Under the pieces are notes generated by a model that had not been told where the DNA came from, ran no database searches, and was given only the letters and a program-made list of their open reading frames with translations. 64,000 nt of DNA from Oculina patagonica (lineage: Eukaryota), in assembly GCF_052425735.1 (NCBI RefSeq), contig NC_135761.1:62496001-62560000 (forward strand), given 5' to 3'. Below, piece after piece: positions 24,529-37,265 of this stretch. Each line of letters starts with the position of its first letter. Positions within the stretch are counted from its first letter, which is position 1. The position numbers were made by a program, and so were the translations under genes.

Positions 24529-27500
24529 TCAACGTGAAAGAAACATGCCATTTAAACCAGGCCTTACAATAAATATCATTCTTGAGATTAACCATGGAAG
24601 TGCCAATGTCATACATATGCACAGAATCACTAAATATGTATAGAAGAAAGGGTATCTTGTAGGAAGTGGAAGGACAGAATATTCTATAGAACCATCTACA
24701 CCTAAAAAAAGTAAAAAATATGAAATCAGTAAAAACTCTGAATAAACCAAAAGCATTACTTACACTTCTTTCAAGGTTTCCATTTGTGGATTAGAAATTA
24801 ATTTCTGGTGACTGAGGAGAAAGAAGGCAACTGATTTACCTGTGGCCCTTGGATTTCAGATCAAATTGGAATTTGAAATTGCTGGTTTTTGTGGAGGGAG
24901 GAAAACCAAAGAGCTCAGAGAAAAACCCTCAGAGTAAGCTAGGACACAACACACACATGTTGCCGGGCCAAGGAATCAAACCTGAGCCACATTACTGGGG
25001 GCACATCCCTGCTACCTAAAGGGATTTCACGGGCCAGATTGAAATGCCTAATGTGTGGCCGAAGTTTTCCATTGTAGAGCTATAAAAGCTGGCTTACGTT
25101 TGGGTATCACTACTTACAACTTACCTATCACTGCTACAGCAGCACCCATCTTGTCAGTTCCCATGCGATAGCTGCATGTTGGTACAACATATTCTGTAAA
25201 CTGCACTGATCCAATCTTTTGTTCAAATGTGCCTGGCTACATGTAGTACAACAACAACACAAAAGTGAACTTTTTTGACAACTTTGTTGGTTTGGTTTAA
25301 ACTTTTTTCTTTGCATGATCACCAAATGGAAAAATAAGCTGCAGCAAAGTTGTTGATTCTATTTTGACAGAGTTCATTCGATGTCCTTTAATAGTGCTTT
25401 AATATGGAAAGAAAAATAGAAACAACTCAAAGAATGTCCAAAATATATTCCCCTGCTGGGTGCGAATTGGCCACAAAAAATGATGTCAATTAGCAGAAAT
25501 ATATAAATGACTAACATCCGTGCTAACCTTATGAATATGACCCGAGAAGGCATACTGTGGTTGTACAGCATCAACTAACTAAATTGTGAGGGGAAAGAAA
25601 ACTGTATGTTATTGATAATTAAATATAACATTTCAAATTAATTATCGTAGGAATTTTTTCTTGTCCAGAGCCATTTTCTGTACTGAATCACGTGCACAGT
25701 CACAAGCAAAGCTTCTATATTTATCTGTAGCCAAAAAGTAACTGTATTTATACATTTACAACATGGAGTAATATTAAATAAGGAAAAATTCAAGATTAGC
25801 CTTTAAAGCAACTGCAAGTAACAGGTTACCTTAGTCACTTGAACAACTTGTTTTTTATTGGTTAGTCCAAGTGGAACATGTCCAATTAAAATGGAAATTT
25901 TATCCTTGTCAAGCTTTGATGGCAGCTCTTCAATAAAGGCAATCGTACTGTTGTAGACTGTCTGCTCAGCTTTCAAAGGTCTTCTCCTTAACAAGCTCAA
26001 TGTATTTATCTGTGGAAGTTCAATAGAAACATTACATGTAATTTCAAAAATGTCTCAAATGTATAATTAGCACTGTTGAATGCATAAATTAAATTATCAA
26101 TCAGGACAATGTAAATACAGATTAAACAAATATTGTAGGTAGATCAGAAATGTTTTAAGGAAGTTATGTCACTAGTATTTTTAATCAATTCAGTCCAATG
26201 TGCAGTCTAAGTAGAAAGCAATCCAGACAGGCTAGCCCTCTCCTGGGACCCACAAGAGAAAAGAAAGTAAGGAAGGCCAAAAAACAACTGGAGGAGGTCA
26301 GCCAGACAAGAACTGTCACAGCTATGGTTTGGTTTGAATACAACCACCCCCTTGGAAATTCCAGTCAAGCCCCATACTTCCCTTTAAAAATTTTGGCTTT
26401 TGAAACCCCCTCCCCCTCCAACACTCAGAATTTCCAATTGGGTGGGTATGAATATTTCCTGGAACTCTAAACTAACACAGCTTGTAATAACTACTGATCA
26501 TCAGCCTTTGGGCATATATTCATTGTATGATCCAGTCACAACATTATTTTTCTATCTAACTGTATTGCAAACCAACATTACAAGCAAACAAACAGGTTTA
26601 CCTTTACGATCTGAAAAGATTTCAGTTTTATAACATCATTTATGGAACCAAAGTTCTCTGAGAATCTTGAGACTATTTCTGTTGTAATAACATCTGTCCA
26701 TTCCCCTCCAATGTCATTGTCACCTGCAATATGGATCCTGGAGATTCCATCAGGAGTGTGGAATATGTCATTATGCCTTGCCTGGAAGAAAATACCTTCT
26801 CAAATTATACAGTGGAACTCCAATATAACGATATGCCAAGGGAGCAGTAAAATTATATAGTTATGTATTGAGGAATCGTCATATCAAAACTCCTGATATA
26901 ACGATGGCCATAAAATAACCGAAAATATCATTATATCGGGGTAAACCTAACAAATACCTTTTTACTACATATTAAAGGAGGATAAAGAGAATAAAGTTGA
27001 TAAAGAGCCTTTGAACACTGTATCATTTCTGTATATCATCATACAAAACTGTTAACAGATTACCGTATTTACTCGAATAAGCGCCGCCCTTGAATAAGCG
27101 CTGCATTTGGGAAAAAAAGATAATAAGCGCCGCCCCTGAATAAGTGGCACAGTCCCGATGCGAGGCTTAATCGAAGAATTTTGTATAATTAAAATAGCAC
27201 TACAAAGCAACAGTACTCTTAAACAGCCTTGGAAATTCCTTTTCATCAAAAAGCGATGTTTTGCAGTTCAAAGCTATTATGTTTTATCGTTCGCCCATTA
27301 TTTTTTCTATCCAAGATTCTAACAACACATAGTTCTGTTAACATTAAACTTTGTCAGGACAGCAAACACAACAACTCTTTTCCATAAGAGATGAATACTG
27401 ACAATCAAAAGACCCTTCTTTTACATGTAGTAACTGTAGACCTTTCGTCTAGATTACATTGTTTGTAGCCTCCAATTTTATTTAAGCGTCGCCCTCGAAT

Positions 27501-29051
27501 AAGCGCCGCACTTGAGGCGCTAAAACCCTTAATTCTTTGAATACAGTCTGAGTATTCAAACTTTTGATCATAACACTAATTACTTAAATCACATCACCTT
27601 GTACTCCTGAAATTCATCATCAGTAGCAATGTATCCTTCATCTAAAATGTCACCTAAAATATTATTTTAATTCAAAATAATATTTTTAGTGCAGCCATTA
27701 ACAGTTTCATTCTTGCATGTATATATTGCAGTTAATTTTTGATCTCAGTTAATTTTAAATTTTACCTAGTTAATTTTTTTCTAACTAGTTAATTTTTTAT
27801 ACTATATACTATATAGGGTTAGGGTATGGGTTGGAGTCATATATTTTTAAAAAATAGTGGTTCATCCAACATTTCCTACGTGGCAAAGTGGTAAGGGGTT
27901 GGACAGCAAATCCAGAGGTCAAGAGTTTAAATCCAGTGCAGGTTAGTAAAAAGGAAAAAAAAAATAGATGATAGTACTTAGAGGAGGGAGATAATATTAA
28001 TAGCAGATAGTAAGGGGGGTGTTAGTAAAGATGGGGGGTGGGGTAATGAGACATCAAGGGAGGGGAGGTGTATTACTTTTTCTACTGATTAACCTAGAAT
28101 ATAAAAAAAACTAGTTAGAAAAAATACTAACTAGTTAAAAAAAAATTAACTGAGATCAAAATTTAACTGCAACATATACAATAAACTACTGATAGCCATG
28201 TCCCAAATGCATTGTGCTCAAAATGATTACTCTTATACCAAAATTAAACATAACATCATAATTTAAATGTGATATGTACATGCAAAACTCTTTCTGTATC
28301 TGTCAAACTAAACGTCTTCTACACACCTAAATGAATGACAGCATCTGGGCGGAAGGATGTCAATGCCAGAAAAAAAGCTTTTTTCAAGTACCAGTCTGAA
28401 TCAAGGCGTGCTATAGATCCAAGAATTCCAGGGCGTTCTCCTTCGTAACCCTAAAGTAATTAATAAGTAGAGCTAGTACTGACAGTAGGGCGGGGGACAA
28501 GGGGCAGGAGCCCAGGAGAAAAGGGACTGAAAGCCGGAAAAAAAGAGTAAAATTTCATAACATTTCATTATATTTTGCATTAGATATGGGGAAAAGAAGG
28601 GAGAATGGCTACGGAAAGGGGCGTGTGGCAGGAGTTAAAAAATACGGGAAGCGGGAGTAAAAGGCACGGGAGGTAGGAAGTTCAGTCCCCCTGTGCCACT
28701 CCACTCATAAATCACACCCTTCTAGGGTGTTTCAGTGATACGGTACCTATATATTTAAATAATTATACATTACAGAAGCTAGTTAATATCAATTTTTAAT
28801 AAATATTTTCAGCACAAGACAAGATAAAAGCTACAGTACATCTAAATCAAAGTTGTTAAATATTTCACCTGAATTTGTGAGTCAGAGATTAAAAGTAGAT
28901 TCAATGAGTCATGGGAAGTCTCTGGGATGTGCCATGTAAAGAATGCCCACCAGAAACTTCCAAACTCTCCAACTGCCACAGTGACAAAAAACAAAGCTAA
29001 AATGAACTTGAATACACGGCTATGCCAGTACCACCAGCGCCGTGTAAACAT
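24529..29051 (-). CDS. Calcineurin-like metallophosphoesterase, MPPE1/Cdc1/Ted1-related, 8 coding exons, ~352 aa
   Basis: Exons 29051-28869, 28450-28327, 27653-27598, 26781-26602, 26009-25830, 25578-25528, 25236-25125, 24701-24529; all GT-AG and phase-consistent. Motifs ISDSQI, LGDILDEG, AGDNDIGG, GHVPL, FSGHIH, VPTCSYRMG; N- and C-terminal TM segments. Confidence 0.88.
24830..25010 (-). mobile_element. SINE-like remnant in the last intron of the metallophosphoesterase gene
   Basis: Reverse strand has a box-B-like GGTTTGATTCC followed by GGTTTTCCTCCCTCCAC body sequence. Boundaries approximate. Confidence 0.4.
27063..27546. mobile_element. pogo/Tigger-like MITE
   Basis: TA|CCGTATTTACTCGAATAAGCGCC left end, repeated GAATAAGCGCC motifs, degenerate right end. 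Confidence 0.55.
27718..28180. mobile_element. MITE with ~70-bp TIRs containing a tRNA-like segment and TAGGGT repeats
   Basis: TGTATATATTGCAGTTAATTTTTGATCTCAGTTAATT / AATTAACTGAGATCAAAATTTAACTGCAACATATACA. Confidence 0.65.
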
Positions 29052-29842
29052 CAAAACTGAAAGGAGAAAAAAGAGCAAATTTCTGAAGCAATTCAAATAT
29101 TGTTCAGATTTTATTATTATTGTATTTGCTAGCATATTTTTATTTGCTAGTGGTCGTAATCTTGAAATTAATAAAACTGAATAAAAGTATTATTTTATCA
29201 TAGTGTGTTTTTCACAAATTTAAGCTTAGTTTTAGGAGATCAGATCAGTGTGATAGAAGTTCAGTTTATTTGTGCATATATATATAAACTCTTAATCAAG
29301 TTTGATAATGCTTAATAAGCTTATTTTTTGGTATGACGTCTGCGGTAAAATTACGTCGAACAAGGACCAGTGTAAGTAAGTAAGCAACTGATTTCCTACA
29401 CGACTTTGCAAATTGTACAACTGAAACTGTCAAAGGGAAATGAAAAGTCGTACTTATAGAAAGCTTTCAAATCTGACAACTGAACAGCTTAGCTTATTTC
29501 AAGTTTAAACTTCTTTTTAACGGCCAATTCCAGAAAGCTGCAAATTCCTGCGCAATACTGACAGATTTTATGTTCCTATTGATTTCCAAAAAGGCTATTT
29601 TTAGGTTATTTACCTTCCAAAACAACCGAGAAATCCCTCGCTTTCTTTGACAGCTTGTCGTTGGATATAAAAACAACAAGGCGTTCTTTCCGCTGCTCTG
29701 CGCCATCCTGGGAACAAGTCGTTTCTCAACCTCGTCCCCATGGCCCAGGGCGCTTTTGATATTCGAGCGAGCGTGAGCCCGATTTAGTCTAATTTGTCAG
29801 GAGCTGATTTGTCGATAAACTTTTACATCAGAAATCAGAAAC

Positions 29843-30170
29843 CCCCGGGGAGGACGCCTATATGAAACGGACGAGGATGCTCGTCGGAAATTGTGAAAAG
29901 AACCCCTAAAAAAGACCAATGTGGGTGTGAACGAACAAACTGCACTGGGTGGCTCAAGCTTTTCTTGACCCCTAAAAGATACCAAAAAATAGAATTTATA
30001 TTTGTATATTTCTTCGTGTATCACCCAGTACGAGACCATTATGGCTAAAAATATTGGCGTTTTACCCGGAACACCCTAAGCGAGGCCAAAAATTTCGAAA
30101 TTTACACCCCTAAGCGAGACGACGAGCATCCGCGTCACTTTCATATTCGAGTCTCCCCCCCCCTCCCGGG
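29843..30170. mobile_element. CCCGGG-terminated MITE with 8-bp TSD (copy 1)
   Basis: TIRs with ATATGAAA...GATGCTCGTC; flanks TCAGAAAC / TCATAAAC. Same family as 48205-48520, opposite orientation. Confidence 0.75.
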
Positions 30171-30567
30171 TCATAAACTCTCTCCTCAGCAACCTCTCCC
30201 CATTTCCCACCCCAGTACGAAACATGAAAGAGGCCTCTGCAGTGGAGAGAGCATCAGAAACACATAATTATGTGTGACTCGCGCGCGTGATCAGAGTTCA
30301 TAGTCCAAATCAGTGTTGTCGGCAAAGTTTTTCCAAACTGGCGGGGCCACAACCAAGAATCGACAAAAAAGTTCAGCTTTATAATAAATCTACAGTAAAA
30401 ATCAATCCACCAAATATCGCTCAACTATCAAATATTGCTGGGCTAAACAGATGGCAAGCTTGTAGTGGACAGTGAATGATTCGAGAAATTATCAAAAGCT
30501 ACGTTGGGTATTAAACATTTGGACGACCGGCCACGGAAAACAACAACCTCGTTCCCAGGGTCTCTCT

Positions 30568-31025
30568 GTGTACCTTAGTGCCAACCGTTTTCCTACGACT
30601 TTGGAAAACGGCATTCGAACCTCCATTTTTGGGGAAAAATAAATATGTCACGCAAATGCCATGACAGAAATATATCACACATATGCTACACCTTACAAGG
30701 CGGGACCTTAGTAACGCCCTGCGTAGAAATTTTGCTTGTTTCCTATACGTAAATCCGTAAAAGTAACCTGTAAAAATAAGTTGTACGGTTTACAAACACG
30801 TATTTTTCATTTGTAAAACTCGCTGAAGAAGTCCGCGACAGTCGGAGGAAACGCGTGGGAGAATAAATCAGTTTTACAAAACAAATATCGTTCGCAGAGT
30901 GCTGCTCACTAGTTTATTTTTCAAAAACTTCCGTTTTCCAAAGTCGTAGGAAAACGGAAGACGAAAATGGAAGTTCTAATTCCGTTTACCAAAGTCGTAG
31001 GAAAACGGTTGCCACTAAGGTACAC
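30568..31025. mobile_element. MITE with ~60-bp TIRs
   Basis: GTGTACCTTAGTGCCAACCGTTTTCCTACGACTTTGG / CCAAAGTCGTAGGAAAACGGTTGCCACTAAGGTACAC. Confidence 0.75.
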
Positions 31026-31123
31026 GCAATCTCTCTCTCCCCGCCCCCCAGAGCAAGGAGAGGGAGAGAGGTTGGGAAAACAAAGCAATGGCCGTTTAAA
31101 GCAGGGCGTTTAACGCTAAGGTT

Positions 31124-31328
31124 GAACAGATTCCATTTTGCCGTGGGTCTGTTCAGTTATAGATCACAGAAGACGTCAAAATGTGGTAAAACCATCAGTG
31201 ACCCACTCGCCTAGCGGCTCGTGGCCATGGGCGGTCTCCTCGTGGGCCGCGTTTTCTTTACACCACAATTTGACGTCCTCTGTGATCTATAACTGAACAG
31301 ACCCACGGCAAAATGGAATCTATTTGTT
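31124..31328. repeat. ~200-bp hairpin (Crypton-like element head)
   Basis: AGATTCCATTTTGCCGTGGGTCTGTTCAGTTATAGATCACAGA pairs with TCTGTGATCTATAACTGAACAGACCCACGGCAAAATGGAATCT. Confidence 0.75.
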
Positions 31329-31917
31329 ACTTGAGTATATAGACCAGTAGAGGGCTTCTCTTCTCTTAGCTTGATCTCAGATCCGATCTTCCGGCTTTCG
31401 GTACACCGTCTGATGATGAATATCAGTTCCAGTTTTCCGGCTTTGCTTTGCCAGTTGCCCTCGCACAGAAAGAGCTGATCTCTGGTCCTTGAAGTACACA
31501 CTCACAAGCGCTTTCTTCTCGTCACGCGTTTTTTTTGGCTCTTGAGTCTCCTGAAACTTTCGCAGTTTTCGCCTTTTGGGGCTTTCTTGCCACCGAGGGA
31601 ATAGTGCTACGTGGCTCAGTACTTGGCTACGTGGCTAAAGACTTTGTACAGCCACCCTCTCCCTCAATGAGGGGAGGGGGCGGCTGTACACAGACTACGT
31701 GGATATTCAGGTTATTATTGGACACAGTTTTGATGATGCCTCTTATAACGAGTAGTCTGTATTTGAATATTTTGCAATTTAATGAAAGCAGTTTTGGAAA
31801 TGTATAAATGTAATAAAGTTCATTGCTTTCAAATAACCATGCAGTTATTGGTTGCCTACGTGGTAAAAAATGCGGTCTTTTGATCAACGAAGTTTAAGGG
31901 TACTCGGAGTGCAATGT

Positions 31918-32180
31918 AGGGGTCACGAATGGTCCAACAAAATTCTGCAGTGCTCGAAAAATTAGGCTTCTACTCGGAATGCTCGCAAAATATTAGTGGG
32001 TGCTCGTTTGCTCGTGCTCGCACATTTTTACAAGTGCTCACATGCTCGGTTTTTAGTGGGGCAGCTTTTTGACAAGTGCTCGTTGCTCGCAAGGCTAACT
32101 TTTGACAATGCTCGTGCTCGCAAAGAAAAACGCCCTGCTCGCATGCTCGCAAATGCTCGCGAAGACCATTTGATACCCCT
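31918..32180. mobile_element. MITE with 6-bp TSD and internal TGCTCG repeats
   Basis: AGGGGTCACGAATGGTC / GACCATTTGATACCCCT, flanked by CAATGT on both sides. Confidence 0.7.
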
Positions 32181-32314
32181 CAATGTGTTCGCCCGGCGCT
32201 TTTAGAACGAAGGAGCTGTGACAAGTTAGCGTGTTTGTGGCCTCGCGCTTCAAGAATAAAGGATATACATTGCGGATTAGCCTGTTTGTGATCCGGCGTG
32301 ATGAGGCCTAGTGC

Positions 32315-32317
<3 letters not shown>

Positions 32318-32376
<59 letters not shown>

Positions 32377-32668
32377 GATTTTTTAAACAGGATGGCCCTT
32401 CAGTACATGAGTACTGTTCTCAAAGGGGTCCTGTAAAAGAAAAAAAAATATAACAATATAAATATAAAAACATCATATATAAAAATAATTCGATTAAAGA
32501 CTGCCTAAATAAAACCCTACTGCTAGTTTGTCTAGTTTTTAAAGGTAAAGAATTAAAAATATTTGCACCAGAGAAATAAAAACTTTTTCGTGCAAATTCA
32601 AGTTTCACTTTAGGTAGAACAACAGTGGCTCTACAGTTCCTCGTATCACGATTATGAGAACTTAGCAC
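32318..32668 (-). mobile_element. 3' end of an L2/CR1-like LINE with (ATT)n tail
   Basis: LPKVKLEFARKSFYFSGANIFNSLP remnant; (AAT)n on the plus strand at ~32318-32375. Confidence 0.7.
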
Positions 32669-33162
32669 GGGGAATATGAACTGCGTTACTTTTTTAGGAA
32701 CGTTAGTAGTTCCAGTGTATTCTACGGCTCATGGATCAAAGAACGAAGTATATTCATGTGTAGCGCGCTTTCTTCGTCTCCCTTTCCACGTTACCACTCG
32801 GCCTTGTTGACAGGGTCACCCCTTCTCCTACAGAGGACCCTGGGAACGAGGTTGGTAGCCACGTAGCTGCGAAACGACTCTTTTGAGTCTTTTAGAGGGG
32901 CAGGGTATTCTGTAGCCTCCTACGCAGCTGCACGTTCTTTTGGCTCGTCACGCAATCTTTCTTCGTCTTAGTTGCGTGACGAGCCAAAAGAATGTCTGTG
33001 TCTGGGAGGTTAGGTATTCTGCAATTTATAAGCTGAAACATGAGCTGCCTGTAATTGCGCAAGTCATCCACTCAGATTACTAAATTCCCATCAGATCAGT
33101 TTGTAACGGAGAATTTATAGAGTAGATTTGAAGTCTTGTACCATTCTGTCCCGAAACGGAAT

Positions 33163-35642
33163 ATGCTTAATTTGAGGCCGAGGTCTTCTGTTATAGACAA
33201 GATAACAAAAATTAATGTCTCGCGACTCAAACCACTGCAGAAAATAACGCTTGGAGCGGAGATTGTCGGCGACAAAGGCGAAGTTTTTGAGTCACACGCT
33301 CACTTCATCGCTGATAAAGATGGTGAAGTTGATGTTTGCCGTGACTCGTCTTTGGGAGGATCTTACAGCGGAGTTTCACCCATGGGATTGTTATGGAGCA
33401 TGAAACCAGCACCGGGACAGAGGAAAGGAATTCGATTGATGAAATCAGATGTCACCAAACCGTACAACATCGCCTTGAACTGTTTGAATGGTCATGTCAC
33501 CCCAAACGAATCTTCGCAGCCTTTGTCAAGCGTGACATTTCAGAAGTCGTACATGGCGGATGGGGTGAAGAGAATTCCTGTGAGAGAAGGAAGAATCCGT
33601 GGGGCACTTTTTATTCCTCCGGGAGACGGACCTTTCCCTGGTAAGTGGAGCGGGACATCTGAACCTCCCGCCTCCCGTGCCTTTTCACTGTCACGCCAGT
33701 AAGGCAGTAACGCTACTGTCAGGCGCTGCTAAAAAATAAATCCAAAGCTATGGAGTCAAAAAAATCACGTTGTAGATAGATAGTCAACGTGTCCAAGTCT
33801 CAGGTCTCTACGATATTCCCTACTTGAGTTAACCGTCAGAATGTTCCACACAAATTTATGTATGGAAACGCCATGTTGGAGTCCGTGTGAAGGGGCCCCA
33901 ACACGGCCGTCGGAAATCAATGAAAACATGTGGCATTTAGTTCTACTATAGAAAGCGGTCAGTTCACCTTCATGGACACGTAAACATTCACATAAACACT
34001 TCTCATAAAACCTCAACTGTTTTAATAGATTGTTAAAAATAACAGGATGAGGCATTTTCTTTAAGCATAGGTGACAGCCTTCAGCCGGCCATTTTAATGT
34101 CGTGTGGCGCGGAACTCCGAAATTTAGAATGTTATATCTTAAAGACGGCGGATGCTATCGAGCTGAATACCTTCAATAAGATATATATTAACGACGTCTA
34201 ATAGGCAGTAAAGGATAAAAAGTCAGGTGTCTCCCGATTCTGGATTTTAGCTTTTTGATGTCAAAACGGAAAATATAGACGGCACTGACTGATCCTGACG
34301 GCTAAAGCGATCAAAAATAAACAAAGTGGATAAAAGTAGAATATATTGAAAAAAACTTTGTAGGACCCAATTTTTTTTTTCAATATATTCTAGTTTTTTT
34401 ATCCACTTTGTTTATCATTGACCGCTTTAGCCGTCAGGATCAGTTTGCCGTCTATATTTTCCGTTTTAACTAAGTTACTGATCCAGGTCTACAATAGATC
34501 CGGCACCACTCATCGGTTTGTCGCTGTGATATAGCAGTTTTTATTATATTTTGATGTCATGTAAAAACCAAGAATTTTTTACACCCGCCTCCCGCCCCTT
34601 TCCATGGCAGAACTCTCTTCTATATCCCATATCCATTGCGAAATACAACGAAATGTTGTAAAATTTTACTCTCTTTATCCCGATTCCCACCACCTTAAGA
34701 ATCCCGCTTTCCGTTCCTTTTCTCCCGGGCTCCCACCACCCTCAGATTCAAACTCAACTTGTTCCGATTTTCAACATATAATTCACTATTATCTGAGCTA
34801 AATATAAAATTATTGATATCGATTCCACAGGTGTCATAGATATTCTTGGTGGCGCTGGAGGACTCGTGGAGTTCAAAGCTTCCCTTCTGGCGTCAAATGG
34901 ATTTGCTGCTATGGCATTAGCCTACTTTGCTTATGACGATCTACCAGATCTAGAGAGTCAATCATCTATGGATATGGAGTACTTCGAAGAGGCAGCTAAT
35001 TGGCTCAGCAATCATCATAAAGTCTTGCCACATGGAATTGGTGTTCATGCCATATGTTATGGATCCTGGGTAGCTTTGTTAATGGCAAGCCTTAAAATGA
35101 ATGCGGTTAAGACTGTTGTCGCCATTTCACCGCTTGTAAGTGCTTTCCCTGTACCATTCCAATACAAAGGGAAGGTCTCGGATGTACTTTCCCATGATAA
35201 TAGCAAGAAAGTATCAATAGAAGAAGGTTGTATCTGGCGTGATGCGATTCCAGCAGTCACTGACATCAGCACCCCCAGCTCTAAATACCCACCCATAACA
35301 CCAGTTGAGAACATTTCGTGCCCTGTTCTACTAGTCTTTGGAACTGGTGACCTTAATGTTAACACCGATTTCTCAACAGAGCTGATTTTTAATCGCTTGA
35401 AGATCCATGGCAAAGAACATCTTTGCTCTATTTTACGTTATCCCGAAGCGGGACATCTCATAGAGCCACCATACACACCGCACTATTATGCTTCTTTCAG
35501 CGGCCCTACTGCCAATTGGTCCGGTGATAAGTATCTTGTGTGGGGAGGTGAGATGAATGCTCACGCTAAAGCTCAAGAGGATGCCTGGCCAAAAATCTTA
35601 AGTTTTCTGCGAAGAAATCTCCAGTATTCAAGTAGCTTGTGA
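33163..35642 (+). CDS. ACOT/BAAT-like paralog 3, two exons, ~429 aa
   Basis: Exon 1 33163-33640 (GPFP G|GTAAGT), exon 2 34831-35642 (CACAG|GT GTC). Nucleophile AICYG, GTGD, YPEAGHLIEPPY; C-terminus SSL. Confidence 0.92.
34263..34468. repeat. ~205-bp imperfect palindrome in the intron of paralog 3
   Basis: AAAACGGAAAATATAGACGGCA...CTGATCCTGACGGCTAAAGCG pairs with CGCTTTAGCCGTCAGGATCAG...TGCCGTCTATATTTTCCGTTTT. Confidence 0.8.
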
Positions 35643-37265
35643 TATATAGCATGTTATATAAGATAAAATTGTGTCGGGATCGATTTTCTTGCGACCTTAC
35701 GTCGAGTGCAAAAACCATTGGCAGAAAGTTTTGTCCGTGGACATGTGCTCACGAAACACGCGTTGAAAGGTATCTGGTGGTCTCACCAACAAAACTGACC
35801 TTACCTGTGCAACAAAACTTGTAAAAAAGCACGCAATCGTAAAAAAGCCATGTTCTCAATCATTTGTTTGTTAAAGATTGTAACCAGTCATACTAGTACA
35901 TAAGATTTTGAATTACTAGTACATGTGATTATCATTTTGAATTAACCTAACAATTACTGATTACTTAACATAAGGGCACTAATCATTCCCACTGTAGAAA
36001 CAAATCCAATGACAAACAGTCTGACAACGTCAGACTGATTTGCCAACATACTCAATATAGACTCTTGCACGTCTTGCGTGCATATGTTTCGTAATTTGTC
36101 TTTTGCAACCTTCATAAATCGCAACCGTACGTGTTCCTCTTTTTTATTTGTGTTACCTTTGAAGTTAATTTTGTGCATCACACAAGAACAAAAATGAAAG
36201 CATCCAGAATCACAGCACCAGAGGTTTAAGATTATCTCTGCTGAGGAGTCAACGAGAGCTCTGGGAACAGAACCGGAACAAGAATGGTGCCCAAAACCTA
36301 GCACCCAAGTCAAACGTGTTGGCATGCTGTTACCAAATTTCTTCCTTTCCGCCCTCGAGCTCGCGAACATTTTGCATCCCTACCCCCTCTGCCCAGGGAG
36401 TAATCCCTTAGCTTAGCTCTGAAGCCGGTATGTACATGTGTGGAGAGAGTTTTGTGGTTATATATTCTGAGCATTTTGGTCCTGGGACAGAAACAGGGTA
36501 AATGGTTTGTACACGCTTGTCAGCAATTAGGTGTAATGTAATTCTTACTTGAAGGGAGGAGGGATAATAAAAATTTTTTATGCCAGATTGACCGAGTTTT
36601 GGCGCGGAAAAAAAAATGTAATTGATTTAGTTGAATAATCTCGTTCCCAGATCTCGCGTGGAGGACAAAAGTAACAGCAATTACTATCTCAAGAATAAGT
36701 TAATGCCGAAAGCTGTCTTAAAAGTTTTCAGTTATAGTCAAATAATCGTAGACTAATACAAGATCATGTTATTTTTTTAACTTAAAACTGGGTTTTTGAA
36801 GGCGAGCAGACCGCTCGAGAAAATTAAAAGGCCTGTTTCATCATTAGTCCGTTTCGATCTGAACGCATGAATGGGTTTAGTTTACAAGGTGGCATGGTTC
36901 ACTGTCTAAATCAGTTGCTAGAGGTCTGATTATTGTATTTTCATTTTTTCTAACAATGAACTTGAAATTGTCTTTACTCTTTTTATTCATTCTGGTATCA
37001 TCATAGTTATTGGTACTTCCACATGGCGAGAAACGCTTGTGTCTTGATGTGAGGTTTTAAAGGGTCAATTTTATCGAACGTTTTGTGGAGTCTTCCCCTT
37101 GGCGTTAGCAACCCCCCCCCCCCCCCACCCGCTTCCCTTTTAAAACAACAATTTTTCAACAACTCAAATTCTTGCTGCGCGGGCCTTGTCACGTCACGCA
37201 AATCACTGCATTGCGTGATTCCCGCAATTTGCATACGATTACTGTCCTTCTTGATTCGGAAAGCA

